From positions 7,580 through 71,579 of the forward strand of contig CBDUSO010000005.1 in the NCBI GenBank assembly GCA_965370295.1: 64,000 nucleotides of DNA, read 5' to 3'. Both the position numbers and the translations under genes were made by a program. The notes under the pieces were generated by a model. That model did no database searches. It was not told the DNA's origin and worked only from the letters and a program-made list of their open reading frames with translations. The stretch is from an uncultured bacterium (GTDB taxonomy: Bacteria; Caldisericota; Caldisericia; JAAYUI01). Of the stretch, positions 38,083 through 48,500 are shown in pieces (position 1 is the stretch's first letter; each line of letters starts with the position of its first letter).

Positions 38083-38621
38083 ACTGGAATAATCACCTTC
38101 TGTTGTAGAAGTTTGCTTATCAATTGTGCACTGACCGCCGCACTCATCGGGCAATCATCGATTAATCGTTTGATTGTCCTTGTTCCGTCAACCAGAATTA
38201 AAAAATTCCATTCATTCGAATCAAGTTGAAGTTTATCTTGATTCTCAAGTCCAGCCTTGTTTACAATTAATTTTGTCTCCATCGGTGGAAGGTTTATCAT
38301 GATTTCGTGCGTTTTTGTTGCTTTTTTCAAGCCCTCTCTAATTAAAGTGCTGTTACTCTCTTTGATCGTTTGAGGGGGGATTGTTATTCCGTCACTGAAA
38401 ATTATTTGTCCTTTTGTCCATGAGAATAATTCCCAGATAGCCTTTGTACCTTGGTCGCGGCTTGTTGTTGCGTGAATAATTTGCCCTTTGCTGAAGTAGA
38501 TGGAGGCATGTTCACTGGTTTCAAGAAGTTGAATCTGTAATCTGCCTGAGCGACCCGCAACCTCAACAATCTGAATCAACTCAGCCAGAGTCGTTTCTCT
38601 AAGGTTTAATGGAAGATCCAA
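38079..38621 (-). CDS. DUF4388 domain-containing protein
   Basis: N-terminal LRETTLAELIQIVEVAGRSGRLQI pattern characteristic of DUF4388. Confidence 0.55.
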   Translation of the reverse strand: MDLPLNLRETTLAELIQIVEVAGRSGRLQIQLLETSEHASIYFSKGQIIHATTSRDQGTKAIWELFSWTKGQIIFSDGITIPPQTIKESNSTLIREGLKKATKTHEIMINLPPMETKLIVNKAGLENQDKLQLDSNEWNFLILVDGTRTIKRLIDDCPMSAAVSAQLISKLLQQKVIIPV

Positions 38622-38624
38622 TTG

Positions 38625-39389
38625 TTACCTCCACTCTGGTTCCTTTTTATCAAGGAACGCCTGCATCCCTATCTTTGCATCACCACGCTTGAAACAATCT
38701 CCAAATTCTTTTGCTTCCAGTCCGTACTGGAACTTTGGTAGTCCAGCTCTTCCAATCTTTTTGTTGGAAACTACTGCAGAAGGACACTTTGAAGCAATGA
38801 GTACAGCAATCTTGTTGACCTCTTCGTCGAGATTTTCAGGTTCAACGATTCTTGCTACTAGTCCCATTTGAAGTGCAACATCAGCTTTTATTATTCTACC
38901 AGTTGTGAGTAAGTCAATAGCGTTGCCGATTCCAACAAGATTCGGTAGTCTTTGAGTTCCACCAAAACCAGGAATCACTCCAAGGTTAACCTCTGGTTGA
39001 CCATACTTTGCTCTGCTTGAGCTGATTCGAATATCGCAGGACATGGCAAGTTCACACCCGCCACCAAGACAGAAACCATTCACGGAGGCAATCACGGGGA
39101 CATCAAGATTTTCAAGTCTGAGGAAAACATCCTGTCCAAACTTTGAAAACTCTTCAGCTTCTTTCCCTGTCATGTTTACCATGGCGGAAATATCAGCTCC
39201 GGCAATAAATGCTTTACCGGATCCCTTGATGACAACCACTCGAATTCCCTCTGTGCTCTCTATTGTTTTAAGTGCATGGTTCAACTCTTCCAGGGTGGCT
39301 CTGTCGAGTGCATTGAGTCGCTCTGGACGATTGAAGGTAATCGTGAAGATTCCGTTTTCGTTTTTGGTTTCTATCCCTGTGTATTCCAC
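38625..39389 (-). CDS. Enoyl-CoA hydratase/crotonase family protein
   Basis: 254 aa. NRPERLNAL, FIAGADI and GGGCELAMSCD crotonase motifs. Confidence 0.8.
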   Translation of the reverse strand: MEYTGIETKNENGIFTITFNRPERLNALDRATLEELNHALKTIESTEGIRVVVIKGSGKAFIAGADISAMVNMTGKEAEEFSKFGQDVFLRLENLDVPVIASVNGFCLGGGCELAMSCDIRISSSRAKYGQPEVNLGVIPGFGGTQRLPNLVGIGNAIDLLTTGRIIKADVALQMGLVARIVEPENLDEEVNKIAVLIASKCPSAVVSNKKIGRAGLPKFQYGLEAKEFGDCFKRGDAKIGMQAFLDKKEPEWR

Positions 39390-40486
39390 TCTGGTGCCTT
39401 TTCTCCGTATGTTGGATAAACAAGTGCATCTTCAGTACCCTTGAGAACTCTGAATGCTCCAGCTGAGAGTGCTTCAAGTTCATCTTCACCTGGGTATCTT
39501 ACAACCTTACCGAGGAAATCGATTCGCTCCTGCATAAGTTTCATTAAAAAGTCTGAGTATGCAAGACCGCCCGTTAAAACGATTGCATCAAGTTTTCCAA
39601 AGAGAACGGTTGAGTATGCTCCAATTTCTTTGGCTACCTGATAGATGAGGGCTTCGTAATGCTCGCGAGCTCTCTTGTCACCAGCGATTGCCATCTGTTC
39701 AACTTTTTGTGCTGAGTTTGTTCCAAGGTATGCAACGAATCCACCCTTACCCATGATCATCTTTTTTATCTGAGGAAGTGTATACTTCCCTGAAAAACAG
39801 AGTTCAGCAAATTGAATTGGGGGGAGGCTTCCTGTTCGTTCTGGGGTAAATGGTCCCTCACAAGTTGCGTTGTTGTTGTCGATCATCTTGCCACCAACAA
39901 CAGCAGAAACTGTGATTCCGCCACCCATGTGAACGACGATGAGTCTGGATTTTTCATATGGAATATTCAAATCTTTTGCGGCTTTTCTGGCGGTTGCGTG
40001 AACGTTTAAAACATGAGCAATGGACTTTCTTGGAATCTCAGGATGACCTGAGTAGAAGGATAAACGTTGATATTCACAAGTTGTGGTTGGGTCAACGATG
40101 TAGGAAGGACAGTTGCCAAATTCTTTTGAAATCTCATTTGCAAGCGCACAACCCAAGTTTGAGGCGTGTTCACCATAACGATTTGTTCTGGCATCATCTA
40201 ACATCTCTTCGTTGACGTTGTAGGTTCCTGAAACGATTGGCTTAAAGATGCCTCCTCTGCCAACGACAGCTGACAATTTTGTAATTCCTAATGGATGACT
40301 CTTGAGATAATCTACGATGACTTTTTTTCTGAAATCAAACTGATCCCAGATTCCTTTAAAATTTTTCAGTTCATCTCTGTCATGTCTCAATGTCTCTTCG
40401 AAAACCTTCTCTTCTCCTTTGAAGAGAGCCATTTTTGTTGATGTGCTTCCTGGGTTAACTGCCAGTATCAAGAATTCAGAACTCAT
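39371..40486 (-). CDS. buk: Butyrate kinase
   Basis: ILAVNPGSTSTKMALF N-terminus, HMGGGIT and ASKHT-family motifs. 371 aa. Confidence 0.85.
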   Translation of the reverse strand: MSSEFLILAVNPGSTSTKMALFKGEEKVFEETLRHDRDELKNFKGIWDQFDFRKKVIVDYLKSHPLGITKLSAVVGRGGIFKPIVSGTYNVNEEMLDDARTNRYGEHASNLGCALANEISKEFGNCPSYIVDPTTTCEYQRLSFYSGHPEIPRKSIAHVLNVHATARKAAKDLNIPYEKSRLIVVHMGGGITVSAVVGGKMIDNNNATCEGPFTPERTGSLPPIQFAELCFSGKYTLPQIKKMIMGKGGFVAYLGTNSAQKVEQMAIAGDKRAREHYEALIYQVAKEIGAYSTVLFGKLDAIVLTGGLAYSDFLMKLMQERIDFLGKVVRYPGEDELEALSAGAFRVLKGTEDALVYPTYGEKAPEWNTQG

Positions 40487-40614
40487 ATCAGCCTCCTTGT
40501 GTATGCCTCGTATTCTATATTAGTCTGTCGATTTGTCAAAGCAGTTATGTGAGTATTTGATCATAACCTTGAAATGATTCATGTGATTGGTAACATTCAG
40601 ATTAGTGGAAAGGG

Positions 40615-40839
40615 GTGAATATGCCTGTAGCTCAAGGAATGATAAAAATTGATGATGAGAGATGTAAAGCCTGTGGACTCTGCGTTGAAGTTTGCCCACC
40701 AAAGATTTTGGTGCTTTCAGACAAGATAAATTCAAAGGGATACCATCCTGTCGAGTGTACTGATCAGGACAAATGTATCGCCTGCACTTCATGTGCACTG
40801 ATATGCCCGGATATCGCAATAGTCGTTTATAGAAGATAG
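40615..40839 (+). CDS. 4Fe-4S dicluster ferredoxin
   Basis: Two CxxCxxCxxxCP motifs (CKACGLCVEVCP, CIACTSCALICP). 74 aa, RBS present. Confidence 0.8.
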   Translation: MNMPVAQGMIKIDDERCKACGLCVEVCPPKILVLSDKINSKGYHPVECTDQDKCIACTSCALICPDIAIVVYRR

Positions 40840-40868
40840 TAGCATCAATCTAAACAAAACTTGGCTTT

Positions 40869-40908
40869 GGCAGATTCGAGATAGAGTATCTTGAGTCTGC
40901 CTTTTTTT
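40869..40908 (+). terminator. Rho-independent terminator after ferredoxin gene
   Basis: GGCAGATTCGAGAT...ATCTTGAGTCTGCC stem followed by T7. Confidence 0.5.
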
Positions 40909-41095
40909 ATTGGACTTAGACTATTAATAGAATACCCGTCTTGTTGCAATCTCAAAAATAAAATGAAACAGAGAAGCAAAAATAAGCACGTTGTGTCATA
41001 GGATGGAAAAGTTGGTAGAGACAACACCAGGGTTGTCCCTACTTTTTATAATGGTTCATATCTTTTATGGAATGGATATTTCTTAGTTTGTTGCG

Positions 41096-42190
41096 TTACT
41101 CGATTACCATCAAATCTTTTGTTAGAAGTGTGAGAGGTTCACCGCCATGATCCTTAACAACAACGGTGTCTTCGATGCGAACTCCGCCCCAACCTTCCAG
41201 ATAGATTCCCGGTTCGTTGCTGGCAACCATGTTTTTTTCAAGCACCAAATCATCTCCTGCAAGGTGAGAAATTCCCGGTTTTTCATGAACATCAAGCCCG
41301 ATGCCGTGACCCAGTGAATGATTAAAATTCTTTCCAAATCCTGCCTTTTCAATGATTTCTCTTGCTTTCAAATCTGGAGTTTTACAGAGTGTTCCTGGCT
41401 TGAAAAAGTGCATTGCTGTTTCCTGGGCATTCCGGACTGTGTCGTAAATTTTTATATGTTTGTCGGTTGGTTCACCAATAACGATCGTTCGTGTGCAGTC
41501 AGAGTTGTAATGATTAATCGTTGCACCAAAATCCATTACAACGAAATCGCCATTCTCAAGTTTTTTGTCAGATGCCAAACCGTGTGCCATTGCCCCGCGT
41601 GCTCCCGATGCAACGATGATGGAGAATGATGCCTTCGATGCACCCCTTCTCTTCATCTGGTATTCAAGCTCGGTTGAAATATCTCGCTCGACTGCTCCCG
41701 CTTTGATGTGTTCAAGGGTTGCCGTAAACGCAGCATCTGAACATTGGCATGCCATTCGAAGCTTTTCAACCTCTTCGTTTGTTTTGACAATTCGTAGCTC
41801 TTCAACGATCCCGTCAGATTTTATCGGTTCAACGCCCTCAAGGCTACCGGTGAGTTTTGAATAAAAAGTGTGAGAGAGAATACTCTCCTCAAGACCAACA
41901 TTTTTCACACCGAGTTTGTTTATGAGTCCGGCAAGATTGTCAATCATGGGATATTTGATCAATTCAACTTCTATTCCCTCAACCGCTTCCTGTCTTGCCT
42001 GCTCGGGATAACGACCGTCAACGAGGAGAATAGCCTTGTCCTTTGTGACAACAAGAAATCCGTCCTCACCGGAAAAGCCGGACAGGTATAAAATGTTTTT
42101 TGAAACACGGTGTTCGTTGGTCTGCAGAAAAAGAGAACTAATCCCTTTTTTGTCCATTTTATTTCTTAGGTTATCTAATTTGATATTCAT
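41096..42190 (-). CDS. pepP: Xaa-Pro aminopeptidase (M24B family)
   Basis: Start at MNIKLDN. Creatinase-N-like half plus M24 metal ligands (HGIGLDVHE, NEPGIY, EDTV). Confidence 0.8.
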   Translation of the reverse strand: MNIKLDNLRNKMDKKGISSLFLQTNEHRVSKNILYLSGFSGEDGFLVVTKDKAILLVDGRYPEQARQEAVEGIEVELIKYPMIDNLAGLINKLGVKNVGLEESILSHTFYSKLTGSLEGVEPIKSDGIVEELRIVKTNEEVEKLRMACQCSDAAFTATLEHIKAGAVERDISTELEYQMKRRGASKASFSIIVASGARGAMAHGLASDKKLENGDFVVMDFGATINHYNSDCTRTIVIGEPTDKHIKIYDTVRNAQETAMHFFKPGTLCKTPDLKAREIIEKAGFGKNFNHSLGHGIGLDVHEKPGISHLAGDDLVLEKNMVASNEPGIYLEGWGGVRIEDTVVVKDHGGEPLTLLTKDLMVIE

Positions 42191-42195
42191 TTTTT

Positions 42196-43128
42196 TTACT
42201 CCTCTTTTAGTTCTGAGATGTATTTCCAAGCATTCATTGAAGCAATTGCTCCATCTGAAACTGCGGTTACAATCTGTTTGTGATCCTTCAACGATACATC
42301 ACCCGCAACAAAAACTCCAGGGATGCTCGTGGACATATCACGATTTGCGATGATGTAATTGTCTTTGTTAAGTTCAATGTATCCAGCTAAGAAATCAGTG
42401 TTTGGGATGAACCCGATGAAAACAAAAATTGCATCTGTGAAATGTTCTGTAACTTCACCTGTAATCTTGTTTTTGAGAATCAATCTTTCAACCTTCTCTT
42501 TCCCTCTGATTGACTCAATCACAGTATCCAGAATGAAATTAATCTTTGGGTTCTGCTTCGCTCTTTCAATATTTTTTGGAGCTGCTCGGAATCCTTGTCT
42601 TCTATGTATGATGTGAACCTGGCTTCCGAATTGGGTCAGGTAAGCCGCTTCTTCCAGGGCAGTATCTCCACCACCGGCCACCGAGATTATTTTATCCTTG
42701 AAGAAAGCACCATCACAGGTTCCGCAGTAGGAGACACCTTTGCCTCTTAGTCGTCCTTCGCTTGGAACATCGAGTTTTCTGCTTGATACCCCTGTTGCAA
42801 GAATTACCGCCTTAGCCCTGTATGTCACGCCAGCACCTTTGACTATTCTCCAGATGCCGTCGTTTTCTAAACCCCTTACCTCGTCGTAGATTATTTCTGT
42901 TCCGAAGTTTTGAGTCTGCTTAAGCATCCTTGCACCGAGTTCGTACCCCGGAAGTTCATCTGGAAAACCGGGATAGTTTGCAATACTGTCGGTGATATTC
43001 AGCTGACCACCGGTTCCTATTTTTTCGATGATCGCAGTTTTTAGGAGCGACCTACCACCGTATATTCCAGCTGAAAGCCCGGCAGGACCTCCACCGATTA
43101 TTATCAAATCAAACGTTCTTACATCCAT
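42196..43128 (-). CDS. trxB: Thioredoxin-disulfide reductase
   Basis: GGGPAG FAD motif, redox-active CGTCDG, GGGDTA NADPH motif. 310 aa. Confidence 0.9.
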   Translation of the reverse strand: MDVRTFDLIIIGGGPAGLSAGIYGGRSLLKTAIIEKIGTGGQLNITDSIANYPGFPDELPGYELGARMLKQTQNFGTEIIYDEVRGLENDGIWRIVKGAGVTYRAKAVILATGVSSRKLDVPSEGRLRGKGVSYCGTCDGAFFKDKIISVAGGGDTALEEAAYLTQFGSQVHIIHRRQGFRAAPKNIERAKQNPKINFILDTVIESIRGKEKVERLILKNKITGEVTEHFTDAIFVFIGFIPNTDFLAGYIELNKDNYIIANRDMSTSIPGVFVAGDVSLKDHKQIVTAVSDGAIASMNAWKYISELKEE

Positions 43129-43130
43129 TT

Positions 43131-43961
43131 TTACTTTCTCCTGACGATTGCAACTCTGGGTCTTCCAGAGATGTCATCTTCAATTTTTACATTCCAGCCT
43201 TGGAAAATACTCTTGACTTCATCCATAGTATGTTCGTTTTGTGATTCAATCTCAAGCAGGAGTATTCCACCACTTTTTAGAATTTTGTCAAGTCCTTTTT
43301 CGATTCGTTTGTAAATATCGTTTCCGTCCAATCCACCATCAAGTGCAAGCCTGGGTTCGTGTGAGATTTCAGTTTCAAGTTTTGCGATTGAATCTGTTGG
43401 AATGTAGGGCGGGTTACTCACAACGATGTCAAATTTACCGGAAATATTTTCAAACAAATCTGATTTGATGAGTTCAACATCAAGGTTGTGGTATGTTATA
43501 TTTTCATTGGCAATCTTTAGTGCTTCCTCGGAAATATCGCTTGCAACGATTGAGATTTCTGGATTTCGGGATTTCAATGCAACCGCGATGCAACCGGAAC
43601 CGGTGCAGAGATCAAGAATTTTTGAATTTGGTTTGAGATATTTCTCAGCAGCAAGAATGATGTGTTCTGTGTCTGGTCTGGGGATGAGAACTGCGGGGGT
43701 CACTTTTATTTTGTAGCCAAAAAAAGTTGTATAACCCAAAGCGTATTCGAGTGGATAATGTTCAGATATTTTCTTTGCAATATCGATGGCTAGATGAATA
43801 TTTTTTTCAGATACCTTCGATGAGAGAGATGAGATAATCTCTACTCGCTCCAAACCCAAAACGTGAGAAACTATCTCCTCAGCATCACGCCTTGGCGATG
43901 GACGATGTGATATAATTTTTGAAATATCATTTACTAGATGATGCAGACTTTGCGAGTTCAT
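43131..43961 (-). CDS. prmC: Release factor glutamine N5-methyltransferase
   Basis: DLCTGSGCIAV SAM motif and NPPY catalytic motif (VVSNPPYIP). Directly downstream of prfA. Confidence 0.85.
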   Translation of the reverse strand: MNSQSLHHLVNDISKIISHRPSPRRDAEEIVSHVLGLERVEIISSLSSKVSEKNIHLAIDIAKKISEHYPLEYALGYTTFFGYKIKVTPAVLIPRPDTEHIILAAEKYLKPNSKILDLCTGSGCIAVALKSRNPEISIVASDISEEALKIANENITYHNLDVELIKSDLFENISGKFDIVVSNPPYIPTDSIAKLETEISHEPRLALDGGLDGNDIYKRIEKGLDKILKSGGILLLEIESQNEHTMDEVKSIFQGWNVKIEDDISGRPRVAIVRRK

Positions 43962-45012
43962 CCAATTTTTTTTGCTCTTCTGCCTGGATTAAGGGCTTGA
44001 TGACAAGGTCGAGATTTCCAAGCATGATGTCGGGGAGTTTGTAGATTGTAAGATTGACTCGGTGATCAGAGATTCTGGATTGAGGGTAGTTGTAAGTTCT
44101 AATTTTTTCTGCACGGTCACCGGAACCAACCTGGACTCTTCTTTCCTCAGCATGTTCTTTGTCTTTTTTGGCTTGCTCAATCTCGTAGAGTCTGGAACGA
44201 AGGACTTTCATTGCTCGTTCTTTGTTCTGAAATTGGGATCGTTCATCCTGACAGGTAACAATCATTCCGGTTGGGAGGTGGGTTATTCTAACTGCTGAGT
44301 CGCAGGTTTGAACGCATTGACCACCATTTCCAGATGAACGATAAACGTCGATTCGAATATCCTCAGGTTTTATCTGAAGGTCGACTTCTTCTGCCTCCTG
44401 CATGACGGCAACCGTTATTGTGCTTGTATGAATCCTGCCACCGGATTCTGTCTCCGGGACTCGTTGTACACGATGAACGCCGGATTCATATTTCATGTAG
44501 CGGTATACATTTTTCCCGTTTATTGAAAAAACTATCTCTTTGAACCCGCCAATATCGGTTGCATGGGAGTTGATTACTTCAACTTTCCAGCCCTTTGATA
44601 TTGCGTATTGGTTGTAAACTCTGAAGAGTTCAGCGGCAAAAAGAGCGGATTCCTCGCCACCTGCGGCTGAACGAATCTCCATGATTACAGACTTTGCATC
44701 CCTGGGATCCTTTGGGATGAGGAGACGGTTCAGTTTTTTGTCGGTTTTTCTTAGCTCACCTTGGAGGCTTTCAAGTTCTGCCATTGCGAGTTCTTTCATC
44801 TCAAGGTCTGTGGTGTTCAATAGAGATTTTGTTTTTTCAATCTCTTCTTCAATCTGCTCAACCTCTTCTGCAGTGTTGACTATATCTGCAAGTTCCGATT
44901 GCTCCTTAGACAGGATTCTGAACTTGTTGTTATTTTTTATTACATTTGGATCGCTGAGCAACCCTATCAGCTCATTGTAACGCTCTATCAATTTCTCTGC
45001 TTTTCGAATCAT
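43927..45012 (-). CDS. prfA: Peptide chain release factor 1
   Basis: PxT-containing domain and GGQ motif (SGNGGQCVQTCDSAVRITHLPTG). Start at MIRKAEKLIERY. Confidence 0.9.
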   Translation of the reverse strand: MIRKAEKLIERYNELIGLLSDPNVIKNNNKFRILSKEQSELADIVNTAEEVEQIEEEIEKTKSLLNTTDLEMKELAMAELESLQGELRKTDKKLNRLLIPKDPRDAKSVIMEIRSAAGGEESALFAAELFRVYNQYAISKGWKVEVINSHATDIGGFKEIVFSINGKNVYRYMKYESGVHRVQRVPETESGGRIHTSTITVAVMQEAEEVDLQIKPEDIRIDVYRSSGNGGQCVQTCDSAVRITHLPTGMIVTCQDERSQFQNKERAMKVLRSRLYEIEQAKKDKEHAEERRVQVGSGDRAEKIRTYNYPQSRISDHRVNLTIYKLPDIMLGNLDLVIKPLIQAEEQKKLDELAKSASSSK

Positions 45013-45095
45013 ACTTAGAATTCTAACCACATTAATCAATTGGTCAAGAATTTCCTTGACAGTTTGCGTTGAAAATATACACTCGCTTGAGTTGT

Positions 45096-45168
45096 GGGTC
45101 GTTAGCTCAGGTGGTAGAGCATCTGCCTTTTAAGCAGAGGGTCGCTGGTTCGAGTCCAGCACGACTCA
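45096..45168 (+). tRNA. tRNA-Lys (anticodon TTT), no encoded CCA
   Basis: GGGTCGT acceptor, D-arm GCTCAGGTGGTAGAGC, anticodon loop CTTTTAA, T-arm GGTTCGAGTCC. Confidence 0.85.
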
Positions 45169-45189
45169 AAAAGATGGTTTGAAAATTGT

Positions 45190-45264
45190 GGCCCCATGGT
45201 CTAACGGTTAGGATGACACTCTTTCAAGGTGTAGGCAGGAGTTCGATTCTCCTTGGGGCTACCA
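45190..45264 (+). tRNA. tRNA-Glu (anticodon TTC), CCA encoded
   Basis: GCCCCAT 5' end typical of tRNA-Glu, D-loop TCTAACGGTTAGG, anticodon loop CTTTCAA, T-arm GGTTCGATTCC, 3' GGGGCTACCA. Confidence 0.8.
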
Positions 45265-45415
45265 GGTATCTCAAAAGATGTTTTTTAAAATACCACCCTC
45301 TTTGTGCACAGTGTGTGCAAATATTTCTCACTCCTCTCATTTTTTTGGTATTATTATGTTCTGAATTTATTTTTATTCGGTGTGATTGTCAAAAATCAAT
45401 CGCTGATCATGCTTC

Positions 45416-45443
45416 TTGACAACGAATATCCGTTTGCTATAAT
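45416..45443 (+). promoter_or_regulatory. Near-consensus sigma70 promoter (TTGACA, 16 nt spacer, TATAAT) driving the giant S8 peptidase gene through a ~145-nt leader
   Basis: TTGACA at 45416-45421 and TATAAT at 45438-45443 read directly. Confidence 0.55.
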
Positions 45444-45590
45444 TCTGGTTGTTTCAGAAGTAATTCTGTACACGAGAGACGTGCTGATTGAGTTTATATG
45501 GGATTTATCCCCGTCCCGGTGTCTCGCCGGTGCGTTTAGTAAAAATCCTCCTTATGGTGGCTCGCCGAGTTGCCTGGAAAGGAAAAGGTG

Positions 45591-48500
45591 ATGAGAAAGG
45601 TTAAGCTATTATCCGTATTGCTTGCCGTAATTATGGTCTTACCCATGGCGGTAGGCCTCGGAATGAGGGTCACAGCAGATGATGGCCCACTGATGGAGTT
45701 ACTAGTTTACGTAACGAATCCTGGTGACAGAAATACTTTTGAGAGTATGAAACTTCCTGATCTCACACACTATGCCTCAGGTTCAATACTCACTGAAGCC
45801 ACTGAGAGTCAGATGCTCACTCTCGCCAATAAGAATATTGAGTATATTGTAATTGGACGAGTGGACTATCGTAACATCAATGGCGTTGTGATGACTGTTG
45901 AAGACAAAAAACTCAAGATGGTAGACGAGCCCAAGGGTTGGTACGCCAAGTATGCTGATGCAACCTATGAAGGGTACGATTTTGCATATTATCTTGTTGA
46001 TTTTGTTGGACCACTCAAAAGGGCATGGATTGATAAGGTCACAAATATGGGTGGAAATATCATGGATACATACCCATTGTTTGAACAGACCTACCTGGTC
46101 CGAATGGATAAGGATAAGATTGCAGAGCTGACTCAGCTTGATTTTGTTAGAGCCACCTGCATTCACAGTCCAATTCATAAGACTAATATTTGGCCAAAAA
46201 ATGAAGACAGCACCTACATGCGTTCTGTCAACATAACAATTGCAGGAAATCTTCCCTATGCCGAACTTGAGGAGATTTCAATTCTGCTTAGGAATTTTGG
46301 ATGCAAGACTTTCCTCCAGGCAAAAATTGATAAGTTTGATGCAAACGAATCTCCACCTCGTCCAGAGGGAATGTCGGATGAAGAGTATGGGCAGATGGTT
46401 GATGTTTGGAATGAAGAGCATCAAATGGAGGGGGAGTATTACAGCTCGGCAATCGATGATGAGGGTCATACTGTAAGAGATGCTGCCCAGATAATTATGT
46501 TTGGTACTGTTGGACCAACAAAACCACTTGGTATCGAATTGAAGGATGAGGGTCCATACGAACTTGCTTTTGTAAGAGTTGTATGCCCGATGAGGTCAAT
46601 TGCAGATATTGCCCTTATCCCTCAAGTATTAGACATTGATATGTTTGCAGCTCCAGAAGCTCAGAACGATCTTGCCAACTGGCAGATTGGTTCATATGCA
46701 GCGTGGGCCGCAAACGAATCAACAGCCATTGTAACTGATCCTACCGATGCATTACCGCATGACAGACTTGATCACTTCGGTCTTCATGGTGAGTCTTTTA
46801 TTCCAACCACATGTTTTCTCCCAACAGTTTCAGATCCAAATAACCATGATCATTACAGACAGATTGTTGCAATCGTTGGTACCGGTCTTGATACCGGTGA
46901 TGTAGGCTCAACATACAGTATATCAACCCAATACTCAACAAATCCAGTTGGAGACTTTGCAGGTCGTGTGGTTGACCATCTTGCTTATGTAAGGCCAACC
47001 AACACAAATTTCTACAATACAGATCGTGATACCAGATGGCGTTGGAACCCAACAAACGGTGGTGGAACTCGAGTACCGAGATGGAATTGGGTTACAACCA
47101 GTTATTATAATGGTGCACAGGAAAACCCCGGTTTTGTTGGTTCAAGAGGGTATCCCTGGATGGATTGGGATGGGCATGAAACACACGTAACAGGTTCTGG
47201 TTTTGGTGATGGCTATTGGTCAATTGGACATACCCCTGACGACAGTTGGGATCAAGATGGACGTGAGCCATACGATCCAGGTACTGTTGGTGTTATTGCT
47301 GATGGTGTTCCCGGAACACCACACATGCCTCCAAACCTTCCTGCTCCATACGGTGTTCAACCAGCCGGATCAACACCTGCTGGTAACTGGGATTATCGAG
47401 GAGTTGCATATCGTGCAGGACTCGTTGTACAGAGAGTAACTGCGAACAATTTCTCAAGAGCTCGTGATAGTGGTCAGGGACAGAACGGTAACACAAATTA
47501 TTATTTCTGGGGCTACGCAGGTAGACCAACATATCTTGGTCTCTATCAAGTAATCGCACCGGGTCCGGGATACTGGTATCTAAGAGCACAGGATTCCATG
47601 TTCGCAATCATGAATGATGCCTACCTCGTTGGTGCACGTATTCAGGTAAACGCATGGGTTGTCCCACATCGTGGACGTTCTGCTGGTTGGGCTGCTTATC
47701 CAAATTCTTCTGGAGACAGAGAAATCAGCTATGATCCTGCAGTACACAATGCAAACGAATACAACTTCTTCTGCACTCAGATGGACAGATTCACCTGGGA
47801 ACAGAAAGACATGCTCCTGGTTCAAGCTGGAACAACAAACACACGTTTAGCAGCACCATTTATCTACGACTATGAATGGTACAATTATACACCAAGAACA
47901 TTACCAGATGGTGCCAGATGGGAACGAGATCAGAGTCCGACATATTATAGTTCTCCATGGTGTTATACCACCCCACCAACACATGATTGGTTTATGGGGA
48001 TTCCTTATCCAGTACTAACCCCCAACGTCGGTGTTTATTATCCACCAATCGGTGATACCTCAACAAACCTTCCTTTGGAGTTTAACTACTATTATCATCA
48101 GACAGTAAATTCGACTCAACCACCGACAACTCAGCAGTCATCATGGCCGATGGGAAATGCAGATGGAAAGGCAGATTTTGGAACATCCGCACTTTCACCA
48201 GCAACCGCCAAAAACCCAATTACAGTTGGTGCTTCCGAGTCATATAGAAACATTCGGACTGTTCAAACAATAATGCCAACCAACCCAACTGGTGGACCAA
48301 CCCCTCCTGTTGCTACAAACAGGGGACCTTGGACATATGGAAATGCTTATTCAGAAGTGGATCATATCAGTTGGTTTCCAGCTGAACCTCTCTTCTCAGA
48401 TAATACTGCAAACTCAGATTCACCTTACACAACCGATAACAATGGTGGCACGCTTCATGAGAGTGATTGGTGGCTTGGTGAAACAAATGGTGGCACATTC

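Noticed and set aside
40520-40819. Minus-strand 99-aa ORF overlapping the ferredoxin gene.
   Set aside because: The plus-strand ORF has two canonical 4Fe-4S motifs, an RBS and a downstream terminator; the antisense ORF has none of these.
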